Shown: positions 8,758 through 16,845 of the stretch, piece after piece | Position numbering within the stretch: position 1 is the stretch's first letter | How the letters are laid out: each line of letters begins with the position of its first letter | NCBI GenBank assembly: GCA_035265935.1 | Contig: DATFOC010000076.1 | Span: 4,084 to 68,083, forward strand | DNA length: 64,000 nucleotides | Origin: Gaiellaceae bacterium | Lineage (GTDB): Bacteria > Actinomycetota > Thermoleophilia > Gaiellales > Gaiellaceae | Direction: 5' to 3' | Translations under genes and position numbers: made by a program | Notes under the pieces: generated by a model | What the model was told of the DNA's origin: nothing | Seen by the model: the letters and a program-made list of their open reading frames with translations, nothing else | Databases searched by the model: none

Positions 8758-9783
8758 TCAGCGGTTCCAATGGGGGTAGGCGACTGCACCGGTGATCAGC
8801 TCGCGCGCCCGGAGGGCTGCGACCGAGTAAATGCGGATCGTGCACGGCAACTCGGCGCGGCAGGCCGCGCCGACGACGTTGCGCCCGTCCCGAGACGGAT
8901 GGTCGGCGTACATGGGCTGCTCTCGCCGCGTCCGGCGGTCGAGGTCCACAGCATGGGCTCGACCCGAGTGCCTGTTCACGAGTGCGAGCTCCGCGCCCCA
9001 CTCCGTGGGAATCGTCGCGAGGAGGAGCGGCGAGCGGGAGACCCAGGCGAATGGTCTGACGCCGTATCGACCGAGCTCGGCGAACCGATTCGGAAGCGTC
9101 CGCATTACGGGCGCCCGCTGCCCTCCTTTGGTCCCCATCTGCCAGATCCGCGGCTTGAAGCAACCGGTGCCCACCGGCCGGTAGGCGAAGACGATCGAGT
9201 CTGTCCCCCAGACTGGGTGGCTGCTCCGACCACCCGTGGTCAAGCGACGTTTCGAGCTCCCGTCGATCTGGGCGCTGTAGATGTCGAACCCGCACTCGCC
9301 GGAGGGCGGCCGAGGGAGGTAGACGTCGTACGCGAGCGTGGCTCCGTCCGGCGAGATGCTCCACGTGGTCACCTCACGCCCCTCGATCATGTCGACGCTT
9401 CGATCCTCCAGGTCGATGTTGACGAATGCCTTTCGTTGAAAGGCCAGCAGATGGCCGGAGTCGGGTAGCCATCCCGCCGGCTTCGCCCAAGCGATGAAGC
9501 GCTCGCCGCGGCCGTTGGGGTCGACCGTGTAGATCCCGCCCCGCCGCGAGATCGCGATCGTCCGGCCGTCGGGCGAGACCAGCCCGTAGTGCCCGAGCGC
9601 CAGTCGTCTCATTCGGGTGCCGTTGACGTCGCCGATCCAGACCGCCTTCTGTGGCTTTCCGACGGCCTTCGTGTAGACGAGGTGCTTGGAGGACAGCGCG
9701 GCAGTCGGTGCAGTGTCGTCACCGATCCCGCAGGCGGAGCAGAGAAGGGCGGCCGCCGCGATGAGCGCCGCCCGCGTCATCAC
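8758..9783 (-). CDS. Lipoprotein with TolB-like (PD40/WD40-like) beta-propeller repeats
   Basis: 341 aa. Lipobox signal (LIAAAALLCSACG) and repeated SPDGR/ISPDG motifs typical of PD40 repeats. Confidence 0.75.
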   Translation of the reverse strand: MMTRAALIAAAALLCSACGIGDDTAPTAALSSKHLVYTKAVGKPQKAVWIGDVNGTRMRRLALGHYGLVSPDGRTIAISRRGGIYTVDPNGRGERFIAWAKPAGWLPDSGHLLAFQRKAFVNIDLEDRSVDMIEGREVTTWSISPDGATLAYDVYLPRPPSGECGFDIYSAQIDGSSKRRLTTGGRSSHPVWGTDSIVFAYRPVGTGCFKPRIWQMGTKGGQRAPVMRTLPNRFAELGRYGVRPFAWVSRSPLLLATIPTEWGAELALVNRHSGRAHAVDLDRRTRREQPMYADHPSRDGRNVVGAACRAELPCTIRIYSVAALRARELITGAVAYPHWNR

Positions 9784-10739
9784 AACTCCGAGGGAACGGG
9801 CTCGAGCTTCTCGATCTTCACGCCTTCGGCGAGTCGCGTCAGCTCGCGCGGCTCGAACCGGCCGGCGCCGACCTCCTGGACCGCAGCGGCTCCGGCCGCG
9901 ACCGCCCGCTGGAGTGCCTCCTCGGGAGCGAGGTCGTCGAGCCGCGCGGCCATGTAGCCGGCCAGGAGCACGTCGCCCGACCCGGCCGGCGAGACCGTCG
10001 CGACCTCGGGCACCGCGGCGTGGAACCGCTCGACCTCGCGCTCCGCCCGGAGCAGCGCGTAGCAGCCCGAGCTGAGCGTGATCAGGACGTTCCTGGCGCC
10101 CAGGTCGGAGATGTGGTCGAGCGCCTGGACGAAGTCCTGCGGGTCGTGGAACTCCTGCCCGACGAGCCCTTCGGCCTCCCGCTCGTTCGGCGTGACGAGG
10201 AACGGCTCCGCCTCCGTTCCGAGCCGGAGCGGTTGTCCCTCCGCGTCGAGAATCGCCCGGATCCCGCGCCGCTCCAGCTCGCGAATCGCCTCCGCGTAGA
10301 AGCCCTCTTCCACACCGCGCGGCAGCGTGCCTGCGAAGACGACCGCGTCAGCGCCGCGCGAGAGGTAGCGGACCTTCTCCAACAGGAGCTCGAGCTCTTC
10401 CGGCGTCACGTGCGGCCCCCACTCGTTGATCTCCGTGTACGTGCCGCCGGTCGGGTCGACGACGGCCGTGGAGGTTCGCGACTCCTCGCCGATTCGCACG
10501 AAGTCGTTGAGGATCCCCTCGCGGGTGAGCTCGCTGACGACCCGCGCGCCGGTGCGGCCGCCTGCCAGCCCGGTGGCAACGACTGGGACGTCCATCCGTT
10601 TCAGCGCGCGGGCGATGTTGACTCCCTTGCCGCCGGCGAGCGTCAGGCCGGCGCTCGCTCGGTGGCGCTGGCCGGGCTGAAAGTTGGGGACCGTCACCGT
10701 GCGGTCGAGGGCCGCGTTCATGGTCACCGTCACGATCAT
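9780..10739 (-). CDS. pfkB: 1-phosphofructokinase family sugar kinase (PfkB/ribokinase fold)
   Basis: 319 aa. MIVTVTMNAALDRT..., GGKGVNIARAL and the C-terminal anion-hole motif SPAGSGDVLLAG are typical of FruK/PfkB kinases. Confidence 0.85.
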   Translation of the reverse strand: MIVTVTMNAALDRTVTVPNFQPGQRHRASAGLTLAGGKGVNIARALKRMDVPVVATGLAGGRTGARVVSELTREGILNDFVRIGEESRTSTAVVDPTGGTYTEINEWGPHVTPEELELLLEKVRYLSRGADAVVFAGTLPRGVEEGFYAEAIRELERRGIRAILDAEGQPLRLGTEAEPFLVTPNEREAEGLVGQEFHDPQDFVQALDHISDLGARNVLITLSSGCYALLRAEREVERFHAAVPEVATVSPAGSGDVLLAGYMAARLDDLAPEEALQRAVAAGAAAVQEVGAGRFEPRELTRLAEGVKIEKLEPVPSEL

Positions 10740-10740
10740 G

Positions 10741-10902
10741 TGACCCTCCCGGTGACGTTGCCGCGTTCCTGGCGTGCGAAAAACGCCTCAGGCCTGCCAG
10801 GAAGGGCGCGTGCATATCCAAGGGATATGTGCGCGACCGAGGGGCGCGCGTGAGGTGATTTTGCAGCCGCCAGGGACACGGAGGGCGTTGCCGGGATGGT
10901 CA
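10741..10902. repeat. Foldback element C: 162-nt long imperfect hairpin filling the carboxypeptidase/pfkB spacer
   Basis: The outer stem pairs 10741-10759 with 10884-10902 (18 of 19 positions pair, 4 of them G:T). The helix continues through 10761-10774/10868-10881 and 10776-10790/10851-10864 to the apex CATATCC-AAG-GGATATG (10813-10829). Confidence 0.7.
10807..10835. promoter_or_regulatory. Apex dyad CGCG-TG-C-ATATC-CAAGG-GATAT-G-TG-CGCG (candidate operator or RNA apical stem)
   Basis: Near-perfect 29-bp palindrome about 70-95 nt upstream of the pfkB start. Shared with 8652-8680 and 61738-61766. Confidence 0.5.
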
Positions 10903-12018
10903 CCTAAACCAGCCTCCAATGTGATCCAGTGTGCGACCCGCATACCAGCCGGTGCGGTCGAAGAAGCCAGGGTCGTCGCGCGCCTCGGCCGCGATGAGCG
11001 GCGTCCGTCCGAGGAGACGCTTGCGGTCGTAGAAGCGGACCTCGCCGACGACTTGTCCCTCGCGGACGGGAAGGTCGAGCCGGGACGGCAGGACGACGCG
11101 CTCCACCAGCGGCCGCCCGATCCGGACCGGTCTCCGCATCGGCCGCGCGGCGACGACGGAAACCGGCTCCGAGCCCCACTCCGCGGGGATCCGGCCATAG
11201 ACACGGTCCGCCGACGCGAGCGGCACGAACGCGTACCGCGACATGCCCCAGGCGAGCAGCTCCTCGAGGTCCGCGTTGCGGACGGCGCGCGACGGGCTTC
11301 CGAGAATCGTCGCGTAGATCGTCACGTGGTTGCCGCGGGCTGCCGCGACCTGATTCCACCCGGCGCCGGAGGTGTGGCCGGTCTTGACGCCGAAGGTGCC
11401 CGGGAACTCGCCCAGGAGGTCGTTCCAGGTGTGGAGCGTCCGGCCGCCGGAGATCGAAGCCGACTCCTGGCGCACCAGCTGACGGATTATCGGCTCGCGC
11501 ATGGCGGCCATCGCGAGCTTCGTGACGTCCCGAGCGCTCGAGTAGTGGCCCTGCGCGTCGAGCCCATCCGGCCGGACGAAGCGCGTGTCGGGAAGCCCGA
11601 TGCTGCCGGCCGTGTTGTTCATCAGCGTCGGGAACGGCTCCCCGACCCGACCCCCGACGAACTCTCCTAGCGCAACGGCCGAGTCGTTCGCGCTCTGAAT
11701 CAGCGCGGCCGCCATCAGCTCGCGGACGCGGATCCGCTCCCCGGCGCGCAGACGGATCGTCGACCCGGTCACGCCGACGGCGTCTGGATCGACAGTCACC
11801 AGCTCGTTCGGCCTCGCGTGGGCCACGGTAAGCAAGGCGGTCATCAGCTTCGTGATGCTCGCGATCGGCAGCCGATCGTGAGCCCGGCGGGCAAGCAGCA
11901 CCTCGCCCGTCTGCGCCTCCTGCACGAGGTAGGCGCGAGCGTCGACCTCAGGAGTCGCCGCGGACGCGGCTGAGGTCGAACAGGCAAGGACAGCGACAAG
12001 GACCGCCAGTCGCTTCAC
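10900..12018 (-). CDS. D-alanyl-D-alanine carboxypeptidase (serine peptidase S11, PBP5 type)
   Basis: 372 aa. Signal peptide, SxxK active site (ASITKLMT), SGN-like and KTG (VKTGHT) motifs. Confidence 0.85.
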   Translation of the reverse strand: MKRLAVLVAVLACSTSAASAATPEVDARAYLVQEAQTGEVLLARRAHDRLPIASITKLMTALLTVAHARPNELVTVDPDAVGVTGSTIRLRAGERIRVRELMAAALIQSANDSAVALGEFVGGRVGEPFPTLMNNTAGSIGLPDTRFVRPDGLDAQGHYSSARDVTKLAMAAMREPIIRQLVRQESASISGGRTLHTWNDLLGEFPGTFGVKTGHTSGAGWNQVAAARGNHVTIYATILGSPSRAVRNADLEELLAWGMSRYAFVPLASADRVYGRIPAEWGSEPVSVVAARPMRRPVRIGRPLVERVVLPSRLDLPVREGQVVGEVRFYDRKRLLGRTPLIAAEARDDPGFFDRTGWYAGRTLDHIGGWFR

Positions 12019-12027
12019 GGGCCTAGG

Positions 12028-12351
12028 TTAGTCGACGCGGATCGGCATGCCGACCGTGAGAGCCGTAGGGTCGACCCCTGGATTCAGCTCCATCAGGCGG
12101 TCGACCGTCGTGCCGAACTTCTCCGCGATCGAGGCAAGCGTGTCGCCGCTACGGACTGCATACGTCGAGGCGGGGGCGAGCTTGACGCCCGCCTTCTTCG
12201 GCGCCTCCTCGACCTGCTGAGCCGTCACCGTCGGCTGCGCCGCCTCACCTCCATGGAGCGCCGGCCGTGCGAGCAGCACGACCATCGTCACTGCCGCCAG
12301 CGCCAGGGCCGGAAAGCCGTAGCGGACGAACCACCAGGGGATCGTCACCAT
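12028..12351 (-). CDS. LysM domain-containing membrane-anchored protein
   Basis: 107 aa. N-terminal TM helix, then a LysM consensus (YAVRSGDTLASIAEKFGTTVDRLMELNP...IRV). Confidence 0.75.
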   Translation of the reverse strand: MVTIPWWFVRYGFPALALAAVTMVVLLARPALHGGEAAQPTVTAQQVEEAPKKAGVKLAPASTYAVRSGDTLASIAEKFGTTVDRLMELNPGVDPTALTVGMPIRVD

Positions 12352-13253
12352 CCCGCAACCGCCCAGACCTCGCTGCGCAGGCGAGCGGCCTCGGCTGCGG
12401 CGGCAGACCGCCAGTCGTCCTCACCCTGGCGATAGGCGTAGATGACCGAACGCGCCGCTGCGACGAGCGCGCTGGCCGGTCCGCTCGTGAACGCTCTGGC
12501 CACGTCTCCGGGTTTCGCTCCCTGGGCGCCGAGACCTGGCAGCAACAACACGGATTGCGGCAGCAGCCTCCGCGCCTCGGCAACCGCGCGCGGGTGGGTC
12601 GCGCCGATGACGGCTCCGACGCTCGACAGGCCTCGCTCGCCGACGACGTCCGCTCCCCACTCGGCGACCTGCGAAGCCACGTGCTGCCAGAGCGACCGGC
12701 CGTCGGAGAGGACGAGGTCCTGGATCTCCCCGCCGCCTGCGTTCGAGGTCCTGACGACGCAGAAGATCCCGCAGCCGTGCCGGCGGCAGGCTGCCAGGTA
12801 CGGATCGACCGAGTCCCGCCCCAGGTAGGGGTTCACCGTCAGCGCGTCCGCGACCGGCTCGGCGCCCTCACCACGGGGCTCCAGGTACGCCGCCGCGTAG
12901 GCGCGCGCGGTCGAGCCGATGTCGCCTCGCTTCCCGTCGGCGAGCACCAGGAGCCCGGCCGCCCGCGCGTAGTCGCAGACCTCCTCGAAGGCGGCAAGCC
13001 CCGGCGCGCCGAGCGCCTCGAAGAAGGCCAGTTGCGGTTTGACGCCGACCACGTAGGCCGCGACCGCATCGATGATCCCGCGGCAGAAGCGCGCCGATGC
13101 CTCGGCCGGCGGTTCGCCCCGGAGCTCCACCGGAAGGAGCTCGGGCCTCGGGTCGAGACCGACGAGCACCTGGGACTGCTTGCGGTCGACGGCGTCCGCG
13201 ATGCGGTCGCCGAAGGTCGCCCCACGCACGTTCACGGCCTCCACCTCGGACAC
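12345..13253 (-). CDS. pyrF: Orotidine 5'-phosphate decarboxylase (type 2)
   Basis: 302 aa. VGLDP..., KPQLAFFE and ADGKRGDIGST motifs of long-type PyrF. Confidence 0.9.
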   Translation of the reverse strand: MSEVEAVNVRGATFGDRIADAVDRKQSQVLVGLDPRPELLPVELRGEPPAEASARFCRGIIDAVAAYVVGVKPQLAFFEALGAPGLAAFEEVCDYARAAGLLVLADGKRGDIGSTARAYAAAYLEPRGEGAEPVADALTVNPYLGRDSVDPYLAACRRHGCGIFCVVRTSNAGGGEIQDLVLSDGRSLWQHVASQVAEWGADVVGERGLSSVGAVIGATHPRAVAEARRLLPQSVLLLPGLGAQGAKPGDVARAFTSGPASALVAAARSVIYAYRQGEDDWRSAAAAEAARLRSEVWAVAGW

Positions 13254-13283
13254 GGACTGAGCGTACTGGCGGCCCCAGACATG

Positions 13284-13309
13284 GAACGGGGGCCTTCCGG
13301 CCCCCGTTC
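13284..13309 (-). terminator. Perfect 11-bp GC-rich hairpin downstream of hup
   Basis: GAACGGGGGCC-TTCC-GGCCCCCGTTC lies 21 nt after the hup stop. There is no clear U-tract. Confidence 0.5.
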
Positions 13310-13329
13310 GAACTTCCGCCCCGGGGGTG

Positions 13330-13614
13330 CTACATCGAGCTCTTGACGGCGCTCTTCAGCTGGCTCCCCGCCGAGAACTTGGGCACCTTCGATGCGGGGA
13401 TGTGCACGCGCTCGCTGGGGTTGCGGGGGTTCACGCCCTGCCGGGCCGCGCGATTCTGCACTGAGAACTTTCCGAATCCGGTGAAGGCAACTTCCTCGCC
13501 GTTTCGGAGGGCGTCGGTGATCGACTCCAGGAACGCGTCGACTGCCTCACCGGCTTCGCGCTTGCCGATGTTGGCCTTCTGCGAGACGCGATCCACGAAT
13601 TCCTGCTTGGTCAC
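13330..13614 (-). CDS. hup: HU family DNA-binding protein
   Basis: 94 aa. MTKQEFVDRVSQKA...FTGFGKFSVQNRAARQGVNPRNP matches the HU/IHF signature. GTG start with SD GGGAGGAG. Confidence 0.92.
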   Translation of the reverse strand: MTKQEFVDRVSQKANIGKREAGEAVDAFLESITDALRNGEEVAFTGFGKFSVQNRAARQGVNPRNPSERVHIPASKVPKFSAGSQLKSAVKSSM

Positions 13615-13662
13615 GAAAGACTCTCCTCCCTGACGTCAATGCCAGTACCAATGCCTCTAAGG

Positions 13663-13691
13663 ACCCTAACAGCGATCCCGATTCCGCTCAA
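13663..13691 (-). promoter_or_regulatory. Candidate promoter of hup (TTGAGC-N17-TAGGGT)
   Basis: On the minus strand, TTGAGC (rc of 13686-13691), a 17-nt spacer and TAGGGT (rc of 13663-13668) lie about 50 nt upstream of the hup start, in a locally AT-richer patch. Confidence 0.3.
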
Positions 13692-13719
13692 CCATGCGGT
13701 TTGCGGCGGTTTTCTCGCT

Positions 13720-14244
13720 TTAGAGCAGCTCTCCTGCCCGAAAAAGGGCCCTCAGGCGCACCCCGACACGCGCGAGCTCGTCGGTTCCCCCCTCCTCCCG
13801 GTCGACCACACAGACCGTCGTGCGGCACTCCAGGCCGGCCTCGCGAAGCGCCTCGACGGCCGCGACTGCGGCGCCTCCAGAGGTCACGACATCCTCAACG
13901 AGGCACACCCGCTCGCCAGTCTCGAAGGCGCCCTCGATGCGGTTGGAGGTGCCGTAGTCCTTCGCCTCCTTGCGCACGATCAAGAACGGCAGCCGCGAAG
14001 CGAGCGAGGAGGCGGCGGCGAGGGCAACGGCGCCGAGCTCGGGGCCTGCGAGCCTCACAGCGGCCGGTTCGTGCTCGCCGACGACCGTGGCGACTCGCGC
14101 GCCGATCGCCTCGAGGAGCTCCGGCCTCGTCTCGAAGCGGTACTTGTCGAAGTAGTGCGAGGAGCGGCGGCCGGAGCGGAGGACGAAGTCACCCTCGAGG
14201 AGGGCGTGCTCGCGGAGAGCCGACCGCAGCTCGTCATCGGTCAC
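13720..14244 (-). CDS. pyrE: Orotate phosphoribosyltransferase
   Basis: 174 aa. FVLRSGRRSSHYFDK and the PRPP-binding loop VCLVEDVVTSGG. Confidence 0.92.
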   Translation of the reverse strand: MTDDELRSALREHALLEGDFVLRSGRRSSHYFDKYRFETRPELLEAIGARVATVVGEHEPAAVRLAGPELGAVALAAASSLASRLPFLIVRKEAKDYGTSNRIEGAFETGERVCLVEDVVTSGGAAVAAVEALREAGLECRTTVCVVDREEGGTDELARVGVRLRALFRAGELL

Positions 14245-14429
14245 GCCAGGAGCTCGAGCAGCTCGCGGGCGTCGTCGAGGAGGTCGTCGGCCTCGACTCC
14301 TCGCTCGAGCCGCAGCAGGGACGCATCGTCGTAGACCATGTCGACGTACTCCTTCGGGCGCATCGCTCGCCGCCAGAGCAGGATCCCGACCAGGATCGCG
14401 AGCGGGATCGTGACCCTACGAGGGAGCAT
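14241..14429 (-). CDS. Small (62 aa) membrane protein translationally coupled to pyrE
   Basis: The internal ATG of ORF 14241..14501 gives MLPRRVTIPLAILVGILLWRRAMRPKEYVD... with an acidic tail. Its TGA overlaps the pyrE GTG (GTGA). Confidence 0.45.
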   Translation of the reverse strand: MLPRRVTIPLAILVGILLWRRAMRPKEYVDMVYDDASLLRLERGVEADDLLDDARELLELLA

Positions 14430-14778
14430 TTGCCTTTGCCTTCGTGCGGCGCCCGACCTTCCGCAGCGTCGTCCGCAGGTCGTGGAGCACGAGGCCGGCA
14501 ACCGAGTCGCGGCCGGTGGCGGCGACGATCGCGGCGCTGCCCTCCCGCAGAGCGAACACGTTGCCGTCCGCGGTCACCGCCTCGAGCCTCGCGGCCGAGA
14601 CGCCGGAGCGCAGCGCGTCGCCGTAGGCAAGCATTGCCGCCGCGATCTCGGCGGCCTTGGCCGCTTCCGCGTCCCCCACGGTTGCCGCCTTCGGTCGTCC
14701 TTCGGAGTCGAGGATCACCGCCGCGACGACGTCCTCGGAGACGTCGAGCAGCTCCACCAGGGCCTGATCGCCGGTCAC
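14416..14778 (-). CDS. Roadblock/LC7 (MglB-like) domain protein
   Basis: 120 aa. LVELLDVSEDVVAAVILDSEGRP...AAIVAATGRDSVAGLVLHDLR resembles the Robl/LC7 fold. Confidence 0.7.
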   Translation of the reverse strand: MTGDQALVELLDVSEDVVAAVILDSEGRPKAATVGDAEAAKAAEIAAAMLAYGDALRSGVSAARLEAVTADGNVFALREGSAAIVAATGRDSVAGLVLHDLRTTLRKVGRRTKAKANAPS

Positions 14779-14798
14779 GCCGGGAACATACTGCGACG

Positions 14799-15614
14799 AT
14801 GCACGAGCCGCTCCGCAAGTTCTTCGCCGACCGCGGGCCGCACCTCGCGGCGATGATCGCCTACTTCGCGCTGCTGTCGCTCGTGCCGCTGATCTTCCTG
14901 GCGCTCGCGCTGCTCGGGCTGTTCGGACGGGTGGACGAATCCACCTACCTCGTCACGGAGCTGAACAACATCTTGCCGTCGGCCTCGATCGGGCAAATCG
15001 TCCGCGTGGTCAACGACATCCGCGACAACGCTGCCACGCTCGGGCTGATCGGCGGCGTCTTCCTGCTCTGGACGTCGCTCTCGCTCTTCAGCGTGCTCGA
15101 GTCCGCGTTCAACATCGTCTACGGGCGGCCGAACCGCCCCTTCCTGCACGGGAAGGGAATCGCGGTCGTGGTCATGATCGGGACGCTCGTGACGCTCTTC
15201 GCCGGCCTCGTGATCGGGACGATCGGCTTCGCGCTGATCCAGGACGCCGCCCCGGGGTTCACCGGCAACCGCTGGGTCGCCTACGTGCTCTCACTCCTGC
15301 TTTCGACCGGCGCGGTGTTCGTCTTCCTCGTCTCGACCTATTACCTGCTGACGAACGAGAGCCTGACCATCCGCGACGTCCTTCCCGGAGCGATCCTGGC
15401 GAGCATCCTGCTCCAGGTCAGCTTCCAGGCGCTGCCGCTGTACGTGGGGCTCTCCCAACGGGATGAGGTGCTGACCCTGCGCGCCCTCGGCGCGCCGGTG
15501 ATCCTCCTGATCTGGCTCTATGTCATGGCGAACGCGATCGTCTTCGGCGCAGAGGTCAACTGGTGGAGAAGCCGGGCCCGCGAGGAGGAGGATGCCGTCC
15601 CGGGCCTTGCCTAG
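14799..15614 (+). CDS. YihY/BrkB (ribonuclease BN-like) family membrane protein
   Basis: The internal ATG of ORF 13701..15614 gives MHEPLRKFFADRGPHLAAMIAYFALLSLVPLIFL..., the canonical YihY N-terminus, with 6 TM segments. The upstream 366 codons are Arg/Pro-rich antisense noise. Confidence 0.85.
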   Translation: MHEPLRKFFADRGPHLAAMIAYFALLSLVPLIFLALALLGLFGRVDESTYLVTELNNILPSASIGQIVRVVNDIRDNAATLGLIGGVFLLWTSLSLFSVLESAFNIVYGRPNRPFLHGKGIAVVVMIGTLVTLFAGLVIGTIGFALIQDAAPGFTGNRWVAYVLSLLLSTGAVFVFLVSTYYLLTNESLTIRDVLPGAILASILLQVSFQALPLYVGLSQRDEVLTLRALGAPVILLIWLYVMANAIVFGAEVNWWRSRAREEEDAVPGLA

Positions 15615-16165
15615 GCCAGGGCCTCGCTCAACGCCCGCGCGGCTCGCGCGCGGTGGGAGTACTCCGCTTTCCATGCGTCGCCCAGCTCGGCGGCCGTTCG
15701 CTGCTCGCCTTCGGGGATGAAAACCGGGTCGAAGCCGAAGCCCTCGGAGCCGGACGGCTGTTCGGCGATCCGGCCCTCCAGGATCCCCGTGCCGCGGTGC
15801 TCCACCCCGTCCGGCGAGAGCGCGACCAGCTCGCAGACGTAGCGCGCGCCCCGGGCCTCGCCGTCCACGCCCTCGAGCTCGGCCAGCAGCCGCTCCACGT
15901 GGAGGCCGCCGGCGAACCGGGCGGACTTGATCCCCGGTGCGCCGTCGAGGCCGGCGACCTCGAGACCCGAGTCCTCGCCGAGCACCCAATGACCGGCTTC
16001 GCGCTCACGGCCGAACCGGGCCTTCGCAAGAGCGTTCTCGTAGTAACTCTCCCCGGTCTCGGGCGGATAGTCGTCCGCTCCGAGCGGCCTGATCTCCCAG
16101 TCGGGGAGGGCGCGCCGCAGCTCTCGGAGCTTGCCCGGGTTGGCCGACGCAAGGACCGCTTTCAA
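15611..16165 (-). CDS. rdgB: Non-canonical purine NTP pyrophosphatase (RdgB/HAM1)
   Basis: 184 aa. ASANPGKLRE, EDSGLEV and GFGFDPVF motifs. Confidence 0.9.
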   Translation of the reverse strand: MKAVLASANPGKLRELRRALPDWEIRPLGADDYPPETGESYYENALAKARFGREREAGHWVLGEDSGLEVAGLDGAPGIKSARFAGGLHVERLLAELEGVDGEARGARYVCELVALSPDGVEHRGTGILEGRIAEQPSGSEGFGFDPVFIPEGEQRTAAELGDAWKAEYSHRARAARALSEALA

Positions 16166-16845
16166 GGGTTCCAGCGGGCGGCGCGGACTGCTTCGGCCTG
16201 GGTGAGGGCGTCGATCAGCTGAGCGGCGGTCTTGCCGCTTGCGAGACGCACGCGCAGGTCGACCCTGCGACTGTCGCCCTCCTCCTCGAACTCGAGCGAG
16301 CTCACGTCGGCGCCGGCGCCCTCAACGGCCTCGAGCACCGAGACGGCGCTCGTGCCCGCGGGGAGCTCGACCGCCAGGCGCCCCTCCTCCGGCCTGGTTC
16401 GCGACGAGAGCTTGAACGCGACGATCCGCAGTGGCCAGAGGCTGACCAGCACGAGCGCGGTCGTCACGAGCGCGGCCCAGTAATAGCCCACTCCGGAAGC
16501 CATCCCGATCGCGGCGACCACCCAGAGCGTGGCAGCCGTCGTCAGTCCCCTCACGGACAGGCCCTGGCGGATGATCGCGCCGGCGCCGAGGAAGCCGATT
16601 CCCGTCACGACCTGGGCGGCGATCCGCGTCGGGTCGAAGACGAGCCCCTCCTGGTTCGAGAAGCGCCAGTCGGTCCATGCATAGGCGGAGACCATCGTGA
16701 AGAGCGCGGCCCCGACGGAGACGAGGAGGTGCGTGCGCAGCCCGGCCTCGCGCTCACGCAGCTCGCGTTCGAGCCCGATCGCCCCGCCGAGCGCAGCCGC
16801 AAGCCCGATCCGGAGGACGACCTCGGCCCAGGAGAGGTCAGGCAA
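16162..16845 (-). CDS. MgtC/SapB family membrane protein
   Basis: 227 aa. LRIGLAAALGGAIGLERE and GLRTHLLVSVGAALF are MgtC-family signatures, followed by a C-terminal soluble domain. Confidence 0.85.
   Translation of the reverse strand: MPDLSWAEVVLRIGLAAALGGAIGLERELREREAGLRTHLLVSVGAALFTMVSAYAWTDWRFSNQEGLVFDPTRIAAQVVTGIGFLGAGAIIRQGLSVRGLTTAATLWVVAAIGMASGVGYYWAALVTTALVLVSLWPLRIVAFKLSSRTRPEEGRLAVELPAGTSAVSVLEAVEGAGADVSSLEFEEEGDSRRVDLRVRLASGKTAAQLIDALTQAEAVRAARWNP

Noticed and set aside
10741-10902. Foldback elements as integron attC sites or a cassette array
   Set aside because: I found no R''/R' core sites (RYYYAAC / GTTRRRY) at the arm ends and no intI nearby. The flanking genes are core housekeeping genes rather than cassettes.
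13701-14798. 366-codon N-terminal extension of the YihY ORF
   Set aside because: It is Arg/Pro/Ser-rich and antisense to pyrE and the roadblock gene. The YihY family N-terminus starts at ATG 14799.
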